Below are positions 27,865-36,564 of a stretch of DNA of 59,927 bases, piece after piece. Made by a program: the position numbers and the translations under genes. The notes beneath the pieces were generated by a model, which searched no databases, had not been told where the DNA came from, and was given only the letters and a program-made list of their open reading frames with translations. Source of the DNA: a virus (Duplodnaviria; Caudoviricetes); IMG/VR virus record IMGVR_UViG_3300032330_000885, positions 1 to 59,927 of that record; one strand, 5' to 3'. How positions within the stretch are numbered: position 1 is the stretch's first letter; each line of letters begins with the position of its first letter.

Positions 27865-28065
27865 ATGAACGATGACGCAAAAGCACTACGGATCGAACTG
27901 GCATATGCCAAAGCCAAAATTATCAGTAACGAAATACTCTACGATCAGATTGCCGAACTTGAAAAAGAAAATGCTAATCTGAAAAAAGAATTAACCAAAT
28001 TGAGGAGTAAAGCCAATGTCGAAAAACCTGCAACAGAGAACGCCGGAATGGTTCAAGGCGCGTGA
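27865..28065 (+). CDS. Small coiled-coil protein
   Basis: GGGAG RBS; heptad pattern. Confidence 0.6.
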   Translation: MNDDAKALRIELAYAKAKIISNEILYDQIAELEKENANLKKELTKLRSKANVEKPATENAGMVQGA

Positions 28066-28882
28066 AGGCCGTGTCACTGGATCGGCTGTTGGCGCGATCC
28101 TTGGCGTAAACCCGTACACCACCCGCAATGATGTCATGCGCCGCATGGTGCGTGATTACCATGACATGCCGAGTGAGTTCACTGGCAACGCGGCAACAAC
28201 GTATGGGAGCTACCACGAAGCTGGCGCGTTGATTGAGTACGAGATGGAGACAGGCAATCAAGTTGTGGATGTTGGTTTTGTTACGTTTGAAGATTGGCTT
28301 GGTGCCAGTCCTGATGGTGTGATCAGTGATGATGGCCTTGTGGAGATCAAGTGCCCGTATGGCTTGCGTAATGGCGGCGAGTTCAAGACCGCTGCGGAGC
28401 AACCGCACTATGTCGCGCAGATGCAAATTCAAATGTTTGTCACTGGATCGGAGTGGTGTGACTTCTTCCAATGGGCACCGCACGGCACCAAGCTGGAGCG
28501 GGTGGAGTTTGATGGCCCGCTGGTTACACAGTGGTTGTTGCGTCTAAAAGAGTTTCACGATGACTACCTGTTTATCCGCGAACATGACTACCAACGGCAC
28601 CTTGACAGTCTGCGGCCTGAATTGAATGCAAGCCAGTTGCTGGCCGAGTACGATGACATGACAAAACAGATTGAAGAGGCCGAGACCCGCAAGAAGGAAA
28701 TTTTAACAAAAATTGTTAATATTGCAGGGCATAAGGACAGTATCATCAATGGGCGGAAGCTGACCTTGGTGAAGAAGGACGGCGCAGTCAGCTATTCCAA
28801 GGCGATTAAAGCCCTCCTGCCTGATGCCGATCTGGAACCCTACCGTGGCAAGCCAACCGAGTACTGGATGTTGGGGAAATGA
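28016..28882 (+). CDS. YqaJ/lambda-exonuclease family protein
   Basis: QRTPEWF.AR...TGS, LGASPDG, LVEIKCP and Y.AQMQ.QM motifs. Confidence 0.92.
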   Translation: MSKNLQQRTPEWFKAREGRVTGSAVGAILGVNPYTTRNDVMRRMVRDYHDMPSEFTGNAATTYGSYHEAGALIEYEMETGNQVVDVGFVTFEDWLGASPDGVISDDGLVEIKCPYGLRNGGEFKTAAEQPHYVAQMQIQMFVTGSEWCDFFQWAPHGTKLERVEFDGPLVTQWLLRLKEFHDDYLFIREHDYQRHLDSLRPELNASQLLAEYDDMTKQIEEAETRKKEILTKIVNIAGHKDSIINGRKLTLVKKDGAVSYSKAIKALLPDADLEPYRGKPTEYWMLGK

Positions 28883-30534
28883 AATATCTGTCTGTATGCA
28901 GTGGCATTGAGGCGGCATCGGTGGCTTGGCATCCTTTGGGGTGGCAGCCACTTGCCTTCAGTGAAATCGAACCGTTCCCGCGCAAGGTGTTGAAGCATCA
29001 TTATCCAGATGTGCCGTGCCATGGCGACTTCACCAAGTTGCGTGAAATGGATTTTATCAAGGATGCCGATCTGTTGGTTGGTGGAACACCATGCCAAGCA
29101 TTTTCTGTTGCTGGATTGCGGCAGTCACTGGATGATGATCGAGGCAATTTAACACTGGAATTTGTGAGGCTGGCCGATGCAATTGACAATCTTCGACCTA
29201 ATAGACCCTGCACCATCGTCTGGGAAAACGTCCCCGGTGTCCTCTCAGTTCAGGACAACGCTTTCGGATGCTTTCTTGCCGCGCTTGTCGGAAACGATTC
29301 CCCCCTCATCCCGACAGGGGGAAAATGGACAAACGCTGGTATGGTTGTTGGACCCCAAAGATCAGCAGCGTGGCGGGTCTTTGATGCCCAATATTTCGGA
29401 GTGGCCCAACGCCGCAGGCGTGTGTTCGTTGTCGCAAGTGCTAGAGACGGATTTGATCCCGCCGAGGTTCTTTTTGAGCGCGAAGGCATGCGCCGGGATA
29501 CTCCGCCGAGCAGAGAAAAGGGGAAAGAACCTCCCCAGCTTGCTGGAACAATCACTGCGAATGGTGGCGGACTCAACCGACCAGCAGGAAATGCCAACGA
29601 GTTAGACTTTTGTATTCCTACAGAACGCAGGACGGGAAGCGGGAAAGACATTTTTCCATCTTTGATGGCGAATGTCGGCACGAAGTTGTGGCTTGGCAAT
29701 CAAGAGGCATTGAGCGGCGACTACCATATTCTGGAGCCGGTTTGTGTTAGCGATGGTCAGCCGAATGCGTCATTCAATGTCGGTCTTGCGCCAACGCTAA
29801 ATTCAAGCTGTGAGCAACCATATATTGTTCATGGCACCCAAGACCCTTGCGTGTCAGACATTGCCTTTGCCCAGGGGCGCAATAACGGTGGCGAAAACGT
29901 GCTGGTGCAACCGATAGGCTTTGAAGCAAATATGAGTTTTTCAAATCCTTCAGACGATGACGTATATCATACACTGACCAGAAGGCACCATGCCGCCGTA
30001 GTGCAACCCATGCACGACCCCAGCCCGACCCTTGATGCGTCCTACAGCAAAGGGACTGGTGAAAGAAATGGGGTTGAACGGAATGTCGTGGCGCAACCGA
30101 TTGCCATTCACCCCCATTGCATTGGACGATCTGCAACCTCAGGGCCTCAGGGCAAAGAATACCTTGAAGATGGTAGCGCATATACCATGGATGGGAGAGG
30201 AGCAGCGCAGGCGGTAATGCAACCAATAGCATACGCATCATCAGACGGAATTGTTCGGCCTCTTGGCGATGTAATGTCCACATTGGACTCGGCCCGTGAA
30301 AGTCGCGGTTCTGCCCAACAACGGTTTATACACCAACAAATGGCAGTCCGCCGTCTGACACCAAAAGAGTGTGAGCGTTTGCAGGGGTTCCCTGACGATT
30401 ACACAGACATACCAAAGGCGGCTGATGGCCCTCGATACAAAGCCCTTGGCAACAGCATGGCCGTGCCAGTGATGGCATGGATCGGCAAAAGGATAGATGA
30501 GCATGTTAAGACCATACCAACAAAAGGCCCATGA
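28879..30534 (+). CDS. dcm: DNA (cytosine-5) methyltransferase with a long variable region
   Basis: SVCSGI, GGTPCQ, WENVPG, AQRRRRVF, RRLTPKECERLQGFP and ALGNS motifs. Confidence 0.95.
   Translation: MKYLSVCSGIEAASVAWHPLGWQPLAFSEIEPFPRKVLKHHYPDVPCHGDFTKLREMDFIKDADLLVGGTPCQAFSVAGLRQSLDDDRGNLTLEFVRLADAIDNLRPNRPCTIVWENVPGVLSVQDNAFGCFLAALVGNDSPLIPTGGKWTNAGMVVGPQRSAAWRVFDAQYFGVAQRRRRVFVVASARDGFDPAEVLFEREGMRRDTPPSREKGKEPPQLAGTITANGGGLNRPAGNANELDFCIPTERRTGSGKDIFPSLMANVGTKLWLGNQEALSGDYHILEPVCVSDGQPNASFNVGLAPTLNSSCEQPYIVHGTQDPCVSDIAFAQGRNNGGENVLVQPIGFEANMSFSNPSDDDVYHTLTRRHHAAVVQPMHDPSPTLDASYSKGTGERNGVERNVVAQPIAIHPHCIGRSATSGPQGKEYLEDGSAYTMDGRGAAQAVMQPIAYASSDGIVRPLGDVMSTLDSARESRGSAQQRFIHQQMAVRRLTPKECERLQGFPDDYTDIPKAADGPRYKALGNSMAVPVMAWIGKRIDEHVKTIPTKGP
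29177..29605 (+). CDS. Nested +1-frame protein resembling the M.EcoHK31I beta polypeptide
   Basis: GTGAGG RBS then ATG; EWPN....CSLSQVLET....FFLS..AC.GILRRAEKRGK.LP.LL. Confidence 0.7.
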   Translation: MQLTIFDLIDPAPSSGKTSPVSSQFRTTLSDAFLPRLSETIPPSSRQGENGQTLVWLLDPKDQQRGGSLMPNISEWPNAAGVCSLSQVLETDLIPPRFFLSAKACAGILRRAEKRGKNLPSLLEQSLRMVADSTDQQEMPTS

Positions 30535-32284
30535 CGCGATCATTGGTTGGGTGCGTAAGACAAACGCACCCTGCCTGATCGAAGCCGCCACAGGGGCTGG
30601 CAAGAGCCACATCATCGCGTCGTTGGCGCAGACCATCCACGAGATGTCGCAGGGCAAGCATGTGCTGTGCCTCGCGCCGAGCGCGGAACTGGTGGTGCAG
30701 AACAGCGAAAAGTACGGGGCCACTGGTAACGAGTACTCACTATTTTCGGCATCGGTCGGGGAAAAATCGTTGCGGCACCCTGTGGTGTTCGGCACACCTT
30801 TAACGGTCAAGAACAAGATCACCCGCTTTGGCGAGCAATTTGCGATGGTCATCATCGACGAGTGCCACGGGACTACGCCAACCATTAAAAGCATTATCGA
30901 GGCGATGCGCGACAAGAACCCACGTCTGCGGGTGGTCGGCATGACGGCCACACCCTATCGGATGAACGAAGGCTTTATTTTCAGCCAGTGGGCAGATGGC
31001 AAGCCCGTTGCCCAGCACGAGCGGCTGGAAGAAACTTTCTTTGAGGCTTGCGTGGATCGGATCACTGCGCGGGAGCTGATCGAGCAGGGCTACCTGACCA
31101 AGCCGATTGTCGGTGGCATCCACGCCGAGGCGTATCATACGATTGGCATGGAACTGAACAGCCGAGGCCAGTTCGATCAGGCCGACATTGATCAGGCATT
31201 TCACGGGCAGGGCCGCAAGACCGCAGCCATCATCGCAGATGTGGTCGCACAGGCGCAGGACCGTCATGGGGTGATGATATTCGCCGCGACCGTGCGCCAC
31301 GCCCATGAGTGCCTCGACAGCCTTCCTGCGGGCCTATCTGCGATTGTAACGGGTGAAACACCAAAGCAAGAGCGCAAGGACATCATCGAGCGGTTCAAGG
31401 CAAGGGAAATCAAGTATCTGGTCAATGTGTCGGTGCTGACCACGGGCTTCGACGCGCCCCATGTGGATGTGGTCGCCATGTTGCGGGCGACTGAGAGTGT
31501 GGGGCTTCTCCAACAGATCATCGGTCGCGGTCTGCGCTTGTCTGACGGCAAGGATGATTGCTTGGTGCTGGACTATGCCGAGAACCTCGAACGGCACTGC
31601 CCAGACGGCGACATATTTACGCCGACCATTCGGGCGAAGAGTAAGGCAGATGACGTTAAGTTCGTGACCTGTCATTGCCCTCTGTGCAACGCGGAAAACA
31701 CGTTTAAGGCTCGTCCAAACGATGGTTACCAGATCGACGCGATTGGTTATTTTTGCGATTTGGATGGGGTAGAAATTGGAACAACTGACGGGCCTTTGCC
31801 TGCTCATTACGGGCGTAGATGCCAAAACAGGTTTGTTTCAGGTGGTGAAATTATTGGGTGCGAATATCGCTGGACGTTTAAAGAGTGCCCGCACTGCGAA
31901 GCCGAAAACGACATAGCCGCTCGATACTGCCACGAATGCAAGGGCGAATTGGTTGATCCGAACGAGAAGCTGCGTATTGAGTTTAAGGCGATGAAGAAAG
32001 ACCCGACACGCAGGCAGACGGATCGGGTGGTGGCGTTTGATTGGCGTCCAACCGTTTCCAAAAACGGCAACGAAATGTGGAAAGTTAATGTAGTAACGGA
32101 ATACAGAAAGTTTTCTTATTGGGTTCCTGTAAATCCAAATTGGCAAAAAGGTCGAAATATGAATATTGAATTTCAAATGGTAAAAGACATTGGGCCAAAG
32201 ACAATCACCTATCAGAAGAATGAAACTAACGCCTTCTATGAGGTGTTTGCGTATAACAGGAAGCACGATGAAATTCCCGACTGA
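30497..32284 (+). CDS. Superfamily II helicase (RadD/YejH-like) with Zn ribbons
   Basis: LRPYQ, ATGAGKS, DECH, TATP, LTTGFD and QIIGRGLR motifs; CxxC pairs. Confidence 0.92.
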   Translation: MSMLRPYQQKAHDAIIGWVRKTNAPCLIEAATGAGKSHIIASLAQTIHEMSQGKHVLCLAPSAELVVQNSEKYGATGNEYSLFSASVGEKSLRHPVVFGTPLTVKNKITRFGEQFAMVIIDECHGTTPTIKSIIEAMRDKNPRLRVVGMTATPYRMNEGFIFSQWADGKPVAQHERLEETFFEACVDRITARELIEQGYLTKPIVGGIHAEAYHTIGMELNSRGQFDQADIDQAFHGQGRKTAAIIADVVAQAQDRHGVMIFAATVRHAHECLDSLPAGLSAIVTGETPKQERKDIIERFKAREIKYLVNVSVLTTGFDAPHVDVVAMLRATESVGLLQQIIGRGLRLSDGKDDCLVLDYAENLERHCPDGDIFTPTIRAKSKADDVKFVTCHCPLCNAENTFKARPNDGYQIDAIGYFCDLDGVEIGTTDGPLPAHYGRRCQNRFVSGGEIIGCEYRWTFKECPHCEAENDIAARYCHECKGELVDPNEKLRIEFKAMKKDPTRRQTDRVVAFDWRPTVSKNGNEMWKVNVVTEYRKFSYWVPVNPNWQKGRNMNIEFQMVKDIGPKTITYQKNETNAFYEVFAYNRKHDEIPD

Positions 32285-32717
32285 CATTGAAGTGTATGGC
32301 GATCAGGCATTCCGTGGCGACTGCCCGTCCGAGAGCATGGAGCAGGTGACGTTTTTCAACCGCCTGCGCCGCCAATATCCAGACACATGGGGGCTGATCG
32401 CCCTGCACCCACGGAATGAAGGCATAAGGACGCACTATCAGGCGATGAAGGAGAAATCCGAGGGAATGACCAAAGGTGCAGCCGATGTGGTCATTGTCGG
32501 TGCCCCTGCGTTCGTCTGCGAGATCAAGCGGCGGAACCATACCAAATCTCAATGGCAAGATGGACAGCAGGAGTTTTTACATGCGGCCAAAAAAGCGGGG
32601 GCGTTCACCTGCATTGCGCTCGGTGCAGACGCAGCCTGGCGGGCTTTTCACATATACTTGGAACAGGCCGAGCGACCTGATAGCCGATGTGATGGAAGGC
32701 AGGAAGCTGATCAGTGA
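32268..32717 (+). CDS. VRR-NUC domain nuclease
   Basis: E..EQ...H..NEG.R...GM.KGA.D...EIK...Q.EF. Confidence 0.85.
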   Translation: MKFPTDIEVYGDQAFRGDCPSESMEQVTFFNRLRRQYPDTWGLIALHPRNEGIRTHYQAMKEKSEGMTKGAADVVIVGAPAFVCEIKRRNHTKSQWQDGQQEFLHAAKKAGAFTCIALGADAAWRAFHIYLEQAERPDSRCDGRQEADQ

Positions 32718-32898
32718 AGTTCCAGAGGCGATACAGTCGGCTGTTCGTTTACCAATTTATCAAAAGGCTTGCGAACTTTTGGCGATTAAGAAAGATTTAA
32801 GAAAGGCTGCGTTATACAAATTGCCAGAGGCTATCCAGCCTCTTGTAGAAGCAGAAGTAAGGAGACTGTTTGATGTATACGCTGCCCAAAGAAGGTGA
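32692..32898 (+). CDS. Hypothetical protein
   Basis: ATG start; internal PEAIQ repeat; co-oriented overlap. Confidence 0.55.
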   Translation: MEGRKLISEVPEAIQSAVRLPIYQKACELLAIKKDLRKAALYKLPEAIQPLVEAEVRRLFDVYAAQRR

Positions 32899-33142
32899 AC
32901 TGGCACAGCATATTGAAATCCGCAAAGAGCCAATTGGCAACGGTTTTTCAATTAGTGGCGCAATCATTATCAGCCCAGAAGGCGATTTAAAATTTCGGTT
33001 CGATGATGTGCAGCCAGCCATCGGCGACTACGATCCATTCAAGGACGCCATGACTAACTTCTTGGTAAAGCTCGGAATTTTGGATCGAATTACTGCACAA
33101 AAAATAAAAGAAGAAAATGAAAAAAAAGTGTTTTCTTTCTAA
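32873..33142 (+). CDS. Hypothetical protein
   Basis: GGAG RBS; co-oriented. Confidence 0.6.
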   Translation: MYTLPKEGELAQHIEIRKEPIGNGFSISGAIIISPEGDLKFRFDDVQPAIGDYDPFKDAMTNFLVKLGILDRITAQKIKEENEKKVFSF

Positions 33143-33192
33143 ATTAGATGTGCATAATGATCTCAAGGTTAGATTTTAAATGGAGATGACAA

Positions 33193-33516
33193 ATGACAAT
33201 TGAACTCACCCGCACTGACGAACTGGAATTTGACAACTACGATTTCTCATTCAAATTTGCTGGCGTGGAATGCTTATTTGACGGCACGGTCGTTGCTGAA
33301 TTTGAAAGCGACGATTCATGGTGGATTAAAAAAATCACTGGCACCGTTTTTGTCGGCAACTCTGGCGATCCCAGAGATGAGTGCAGTGGCACTTGGGTCG
33401 CGGGCGGTCAATTGTTCGACGCTATGGCCAAAGCTCTTTCCAAGAGCGGCTATATTGAAGAAGAAGTCGGCGAATACGTTCGCGGATATTACGGCAATAA
33501 CTACAACCCCAACTGA
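33193..33516 (+). CDS. Acidic hypothetical protein
   Basis: GGAG RBS; 107 aa. Confidence 0.7.
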   Translation: MTIELTRTDELEFDNYDFSFKFAGVECLFDGTVVAEFESDDSWWIKKITGTVFVGNSGDPRDECSGTWVAGGQLFDAMAKALSKSGYIEEEVGEYVRGYYGNNYNPN

Positions 33517-33525
33517 AAAAGGAAG

Positions 33526-33762
33526 ATGACAATGACATATGCAATCGAAAAAGGCATTCCTACTCCAGAGCTGCGTTTCCCTCGTAAAAAATCAGCAAAA
33601 TACCCATTTGCTAAAATGAAAGTGGGTGATAGCTTTTTTGTCCCTGAAGGGAAACTAACTAGGATTTCTACATCAATGGCATATTTCCACAATCATAATA
33701 AACCTAAGCGCGTCACTGGTCGGACAGTCGAAGGTGGCGTTCGTATTTGGAGGATTAAGTGA
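33526..33762 (+). CDS. Small basic putative DNA-binding protein
   Basis: IEKGIP.P...KYPF..M.VGDSFFVP...GVRIWR, a common phage family. Confidence 0.8.
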   Translation: MTMTYAIEKGIPTPELRFPRKKSAKYPFAKMKVGDSFFVPEGKLTRISTSMAYFHNHNKPKRVTGRTVEGGVRIWRIK

Positions 33763-34160
33763 TGGGGTTCGATGCAGCAAACCCACAGGCGCATTATGCG
33801 GCCATTCGCGCAAAATTCAATAAGGCACCAATCCCGTTAAGGGTGGTGCCACCATTACCAGAGCCAGAGCATATACCTGCGCCAAATCACGTTCTGGAGG
33901 CCGAGATCAGCCGTTTGCAGGTTCTGATGGAGGGTTGCCGCATCCCGCCACGATTGCGCCTTCTGGTGCTCCCTATGGTCGAGGATTGTGACATCCCGTG
34001 GCTTGATCTGGTGTCGTCATCTCGCAAAGAATACTTGAAGGGGCCGCGCCGAAAAATATGGGCGATGCTCCAGCGCGAAGGGCTGTCATTGCCGCAGATT
34101 GGTAAAATGTTCAATCGTGACCACACGACCATTTTGCACGGCATCAATGCGACTCGTTGA
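33759..34160 (+). CDS. Protein with DnaA C-terminal (domain IV)-like HTH
   Basis: LSLPQIGKMFNRDHTTILHG. Confidence 0.85.
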   Translation: MMGFDAANPQAHYAAIRAKFNKAPIPLRVVPPLPEPEHIPAPNHVLEAEISRLQVLMEGCRIPPRLRLLVLPMVEDCDIPWLDLVSSSRKEYLKGPRRKIWAMLQREGLSLPQIGKMFNRDHTTILHGINATR

Positions 34161-34347
34161 CAGACTTTCATCAAGTTACGAATTTCTCGGTGATCCTTTG
34201 GACAAGGAGGCTGAGATTGTCCTGCGGAGACTTTTAGGCGACATGCAGAAAATCATGGATGCCTATTATGAACATTATGATACCAAAACGATGGTGGACA
34301 TCGCAAAGCAAGCAGTGAAGGAGTTTGGGAATGGAAAAGATGATTGA
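34147..34347 (+). CDS. Hypothetical protein
   Basis: ATG overlaps the upstream gene. Confidence 0.55.
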   Translation: MRLVDRLSSSYEFLGDPLDKEAEIVLRRLLGDMQKIMDAYYEHYDTKTMVDIAKQAVKEFGNGKDD

Positions 34348-34495
34348 TTACCAGTGGTTGTATCTGGAAGCCTTGATTAAAAAAGATGCCATTGAGCAGG
34401 CGTTTTTGGAGAACATGCGGGAATACAACCCAGACCATAACGACGATGATTTTTATGAGGCCCTTGATTTGATCGAAGCGAAGGCGATGGAATAA
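34331..34495 (+). CDS. Acidic hypothetical protein (54 aa)
   Basis: AAGGAG RBS; TAATG coupling to the next gene; not in the ORF track. Confidence 0.55.
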   Translation: MEKMIDYQWLYLEALIKKDAIEQAFLENMREYNPDHNDDDFYEALDLIEAKAME

Positions 34496-34794
34496 TGACT
34501 GGATTTGAATCGAAAAGGAAAATGAAAATGCATCAGGTAACAGAAGACGATGTGTTGTACGCGGCAGATCAGTGGATACGGTTCATGCAGGCTGTTGATT
34601 CAGTGGACACCGACGATCAGCAAGACTTGGATTTGCTAAACACAGCGATTGTTATGGCATGTTCCAAATACAAGCGAGTGCTGACTGATTACTTCAACCA
34701 CACAACCATTGACGACGAGGAAGTCCGGTATTCTATCGCCAATGCAATGATCGTTGACGAAATTGCAGAACTTTTACACGGAGAACGGAAATGA
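34495..34794 (+). CDS. Hypothetical protein
   Basis: MTGFESKR start; coupled overlaps. Confidence 0.65.
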   Translation: MTGFESKRKMKMHQVTEDDVLYAADQWIRFMQAVDSVDTDDQQDLDLLNTAIVMACSKYKRVLTDYFNHTTIDDEEVRYSIANAMIVDEIAELLHGERK

Positions 34795-34994
34795 CCAAAG
34801 ATGATGAAATCGCCCAACTGAGAACATCACTGGCTTATGCCCAACTTAACAAGACCCTGCGCGATGAGTTTGCAATGGCGGCGATGCACGTTGTCGGGGC
34901 CAACACAGCGTATCAAAGGCCAATTGATAGCGTTGAGGCGGCACGAACAGCGTATCAAATTGCCGATGCAATGATGAAGGAGCGGCATAAATGA
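34791..34994 (+). CDS. Conserved small phage protein
   Basis: TLRDEFAMAAM...AYQIADAMMKER motif. Confidence 0.8.
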   Translation: MTKDDEIAQLRTSLAYAQLNKTLRDEFAMAAMHVVGANTAYQRPIDSVEAARTAYQIADAMMKERHK

Positions 34995-35191
34995 TCGCAC
35001 CTATCCTCGCTATCATCCTTGCGGCGGCACCTATGAAGCCATGCAAGGACATTGTTGCTCTCAAGAAAAATTGGGACACCAACCAGTGGTACGTCCAGAA
35101 AACCGTTGATGGCCCTTGGTTTCAAGTTAACGAAGGCTATGTGATCGGCTTAAAGTGTTTTGTGGAGAATGTGAGCTATGAAACAGCGTGA
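34991..35191 (+). CDS. Small protein with a hydrophobic, signal-like N-terminus
   Basis: MIAPILAIILAAAP; AAGGAG RBS. Confidence 0.6.
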   Translation: MIAPILAIILAAAPMKPCKDIVALKKNWDTNQWYVQKTVDGPWFQVNEGYVIGLKCFVENVSYETA

Positions 35192-35291
35192 ATTGACGCA
35201 GGAACAGGAAGATCGGGTGTGCTACATCCTGATGGCCCTGTTCTATTCAGTGGTGATTGCTACATTTGTGGTAATTGGCAATGGACAGTGA
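35178..35291 (+). CDS. Small membrane peptide (37 aa)
   Basis: MKQRELTQEQEDRVCYILMALFYSVVIATFVVIGNGQ*; fills the gap between genes. Confidence 0.45.
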   Translation: MKQRELTQEQEDRVCYILMALFYSVVIATFVVIGNGQ

Positions 35292-35487
35292 TCCATTCTA
35301 CGTCCTGACCAACTATGGCCAGTGCCGTCTTGATAAGTGCATGTGCATTGATCAGGAAAACCCGCGCTTCGGTGGAGCGTGGGGCGGCTTGGCCTGCCCT
35401 GACTGGGTAGCACTGGGTGCTACCGACATGAAAGCCCTGATCGACGAGGCAAAAAAAAATTATAAAAAAAGTGAAAAAAGCAGTTGA
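35281..35487 (+). CDS. Small Cys-containing hypothetical protein
   Basis: C....C.C...CPDW. Confidence 0.6.
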   Translation: MDSDPFYVLTNYGQCRLDKCMCIDQENPRFGGAWGGLACPDWVALGATDMKALIDEAKKNYKKSEKSS

Positions 35488-35558
35488 CGGTTGTTTTCTT
35501 TTCGTCGTATAAAGGAGTCACAGCAACGGTGCTGGTAAATTTTAGATGGAGACGACCA
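35483..35558 (+). promoter_or_regulatory. Promoter/leader cassette copy B
   Basis: TTGACG-N18-TATAAA; shares blocks with 23537-23611. Confidence 0.65.
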
Positions 35559-35876
35559 ATGACCAACCTCGCAATTCTCACCGACGACTTCGCCGCTATT
35601 GACGCTCAGATCAAGGAAATGACCAAGGCTCGTGACGCGATCAAAAAGCAGCTCCTCGAAGCCGCTGTTTACACTGTCAATGCCAAGGGCGTCGAAGAAG
35701 CTGTCTTCGTAGGCACCAAAGCTGATGTGGTGATCGCCAAGACCTACCCCACCACTTTCAGCAAAGATTTGGCCCAGACCCTTCTGTCGGACGAAGATTT
35801 TGTCCGGTGCCACGCTACGGCTATCAAGCCGACCTGCACACCTCGCGTGGTCGCCAAATCCCCTGCATTCGCATAA
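35559..35876 (+). CDS. Hypothetical protein with its own promoter and terminator
   Basis: GGAG RBS; N-terminal coiled coil. Confidence 0.75.
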   Translation: MTNLAILTDDFAAIDAQIKEMTKARDAIKKQLLEAAVYTVNAKGVEEAVFVGTKADVVIAKTYPTTFSKDLAQTLLSDEDFVRCHATAIKPTCTPRVVAKSPAFA

Positions 35877-35880
35877 CAAC

Positions 35881-35908
35881 AAGGGGGCTTCGGCCCCCTT
35901 CACTTTTT
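35881..35908 (+). terminator. Rho-independent terminator
   Basis: AAGGGGGC-TTCG-GCCCCCTT followed by CACTTTTT. Confidence 0.8.
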
Positions 35909-35919
35909 GGAGAGTAACA

Positions 35920-36291
35920 ATGCAAGACCCTAACACCATATTTATAGAAGCCGCTGGTTTTTCCACACGAGCCAAAAATGCTTTACTAAATTTAAATTTC
36001 AAAACTTTGGGAGATGTTGTTGATATGACAGATATTGAAATGCTCAGAACTCCAAATTTCGGGAAAAAGAGCCTGAAAGATATGAAGGATGTTCTGGCTA
36101 AACATGGGTTTGTTTACGAGCCTGTTAGTATACGACTGACAAAAGCAATGCAGTCTGCTGCGGAAATTGCTGGCATGACTGAGGAAGAATACGGAAGGAT
36201 GGCTCTTATGCTGCATCGAGACAAAATATGCTATTTTAGCAATGTAAAATATCGGTATGTTTGGCAACCACCACAGGAATCCAAAGCATGA
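35920..36291 (+). CDS. RNA polymerase alpha-CTD-like protein fused to a scaffold-like C-terminal motif
   Basis: FSTRAKNALL..NF.TLGDVV......MLRTPNFGKKSL..MK.VL matches RpoA CTD; followed by IRLTKAMQSAAEIAGMTEEEY. Confidence 0.85.
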   Translation: MQDPNTIFIEAAGFSTRAKNALLNLNFKTLGDVVDMTDIEMLRTPNFGKKSLKDMKDVLAKHGFVYEPVSIRLTKAMQSAAEIAGMTEEEYGRMALMLHRDKICYFSNVKYRYVWQPPQESKA

Positions 36292-36527
36292 AACTGACTT
36301 TACGCGAACAGATGATGTTGACCGCCATGAAGACGTATGCTGGCAGAAACATGCCAGCGGATGTTATCCATAATTTGCTCGGCCTGTCGCGGCAGGCAAC
36401 CATTGTGTGCATCCGTAGGCTTTGCCACAAGTTGCTTCACCGCAAAATAGTTGTTGAGCGTGTGTCTAAGTTGGGGAGGGGTCACACTGGTGAATATGCC
36501 ATACCCTTGACGATTACGGACGCCTGA
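36288..36527 (+). CDS. Putative winged-helix small protein
   Basis: ATGA coupling; MKLTLREQ...GRGHTGEY. Confidence 0.55.
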   Translation: MKLTLREQMMLTAMKTYAGRNMPADVIHNLLGLSRQATIVCIRRLCHKLLHRKIVVERVSKLGRGHTGEYAIPLTITDA

Positions 36528-36564
36528 CCGATAACAGGCGTTCGGTAAATATTAAGGATAAAAA

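Noticed and set aside
35460-36002. 180-aa minus-strand ORF
   Set aside because: Antisense to plus-strand genes that have a clear promoter, RBS and terminator
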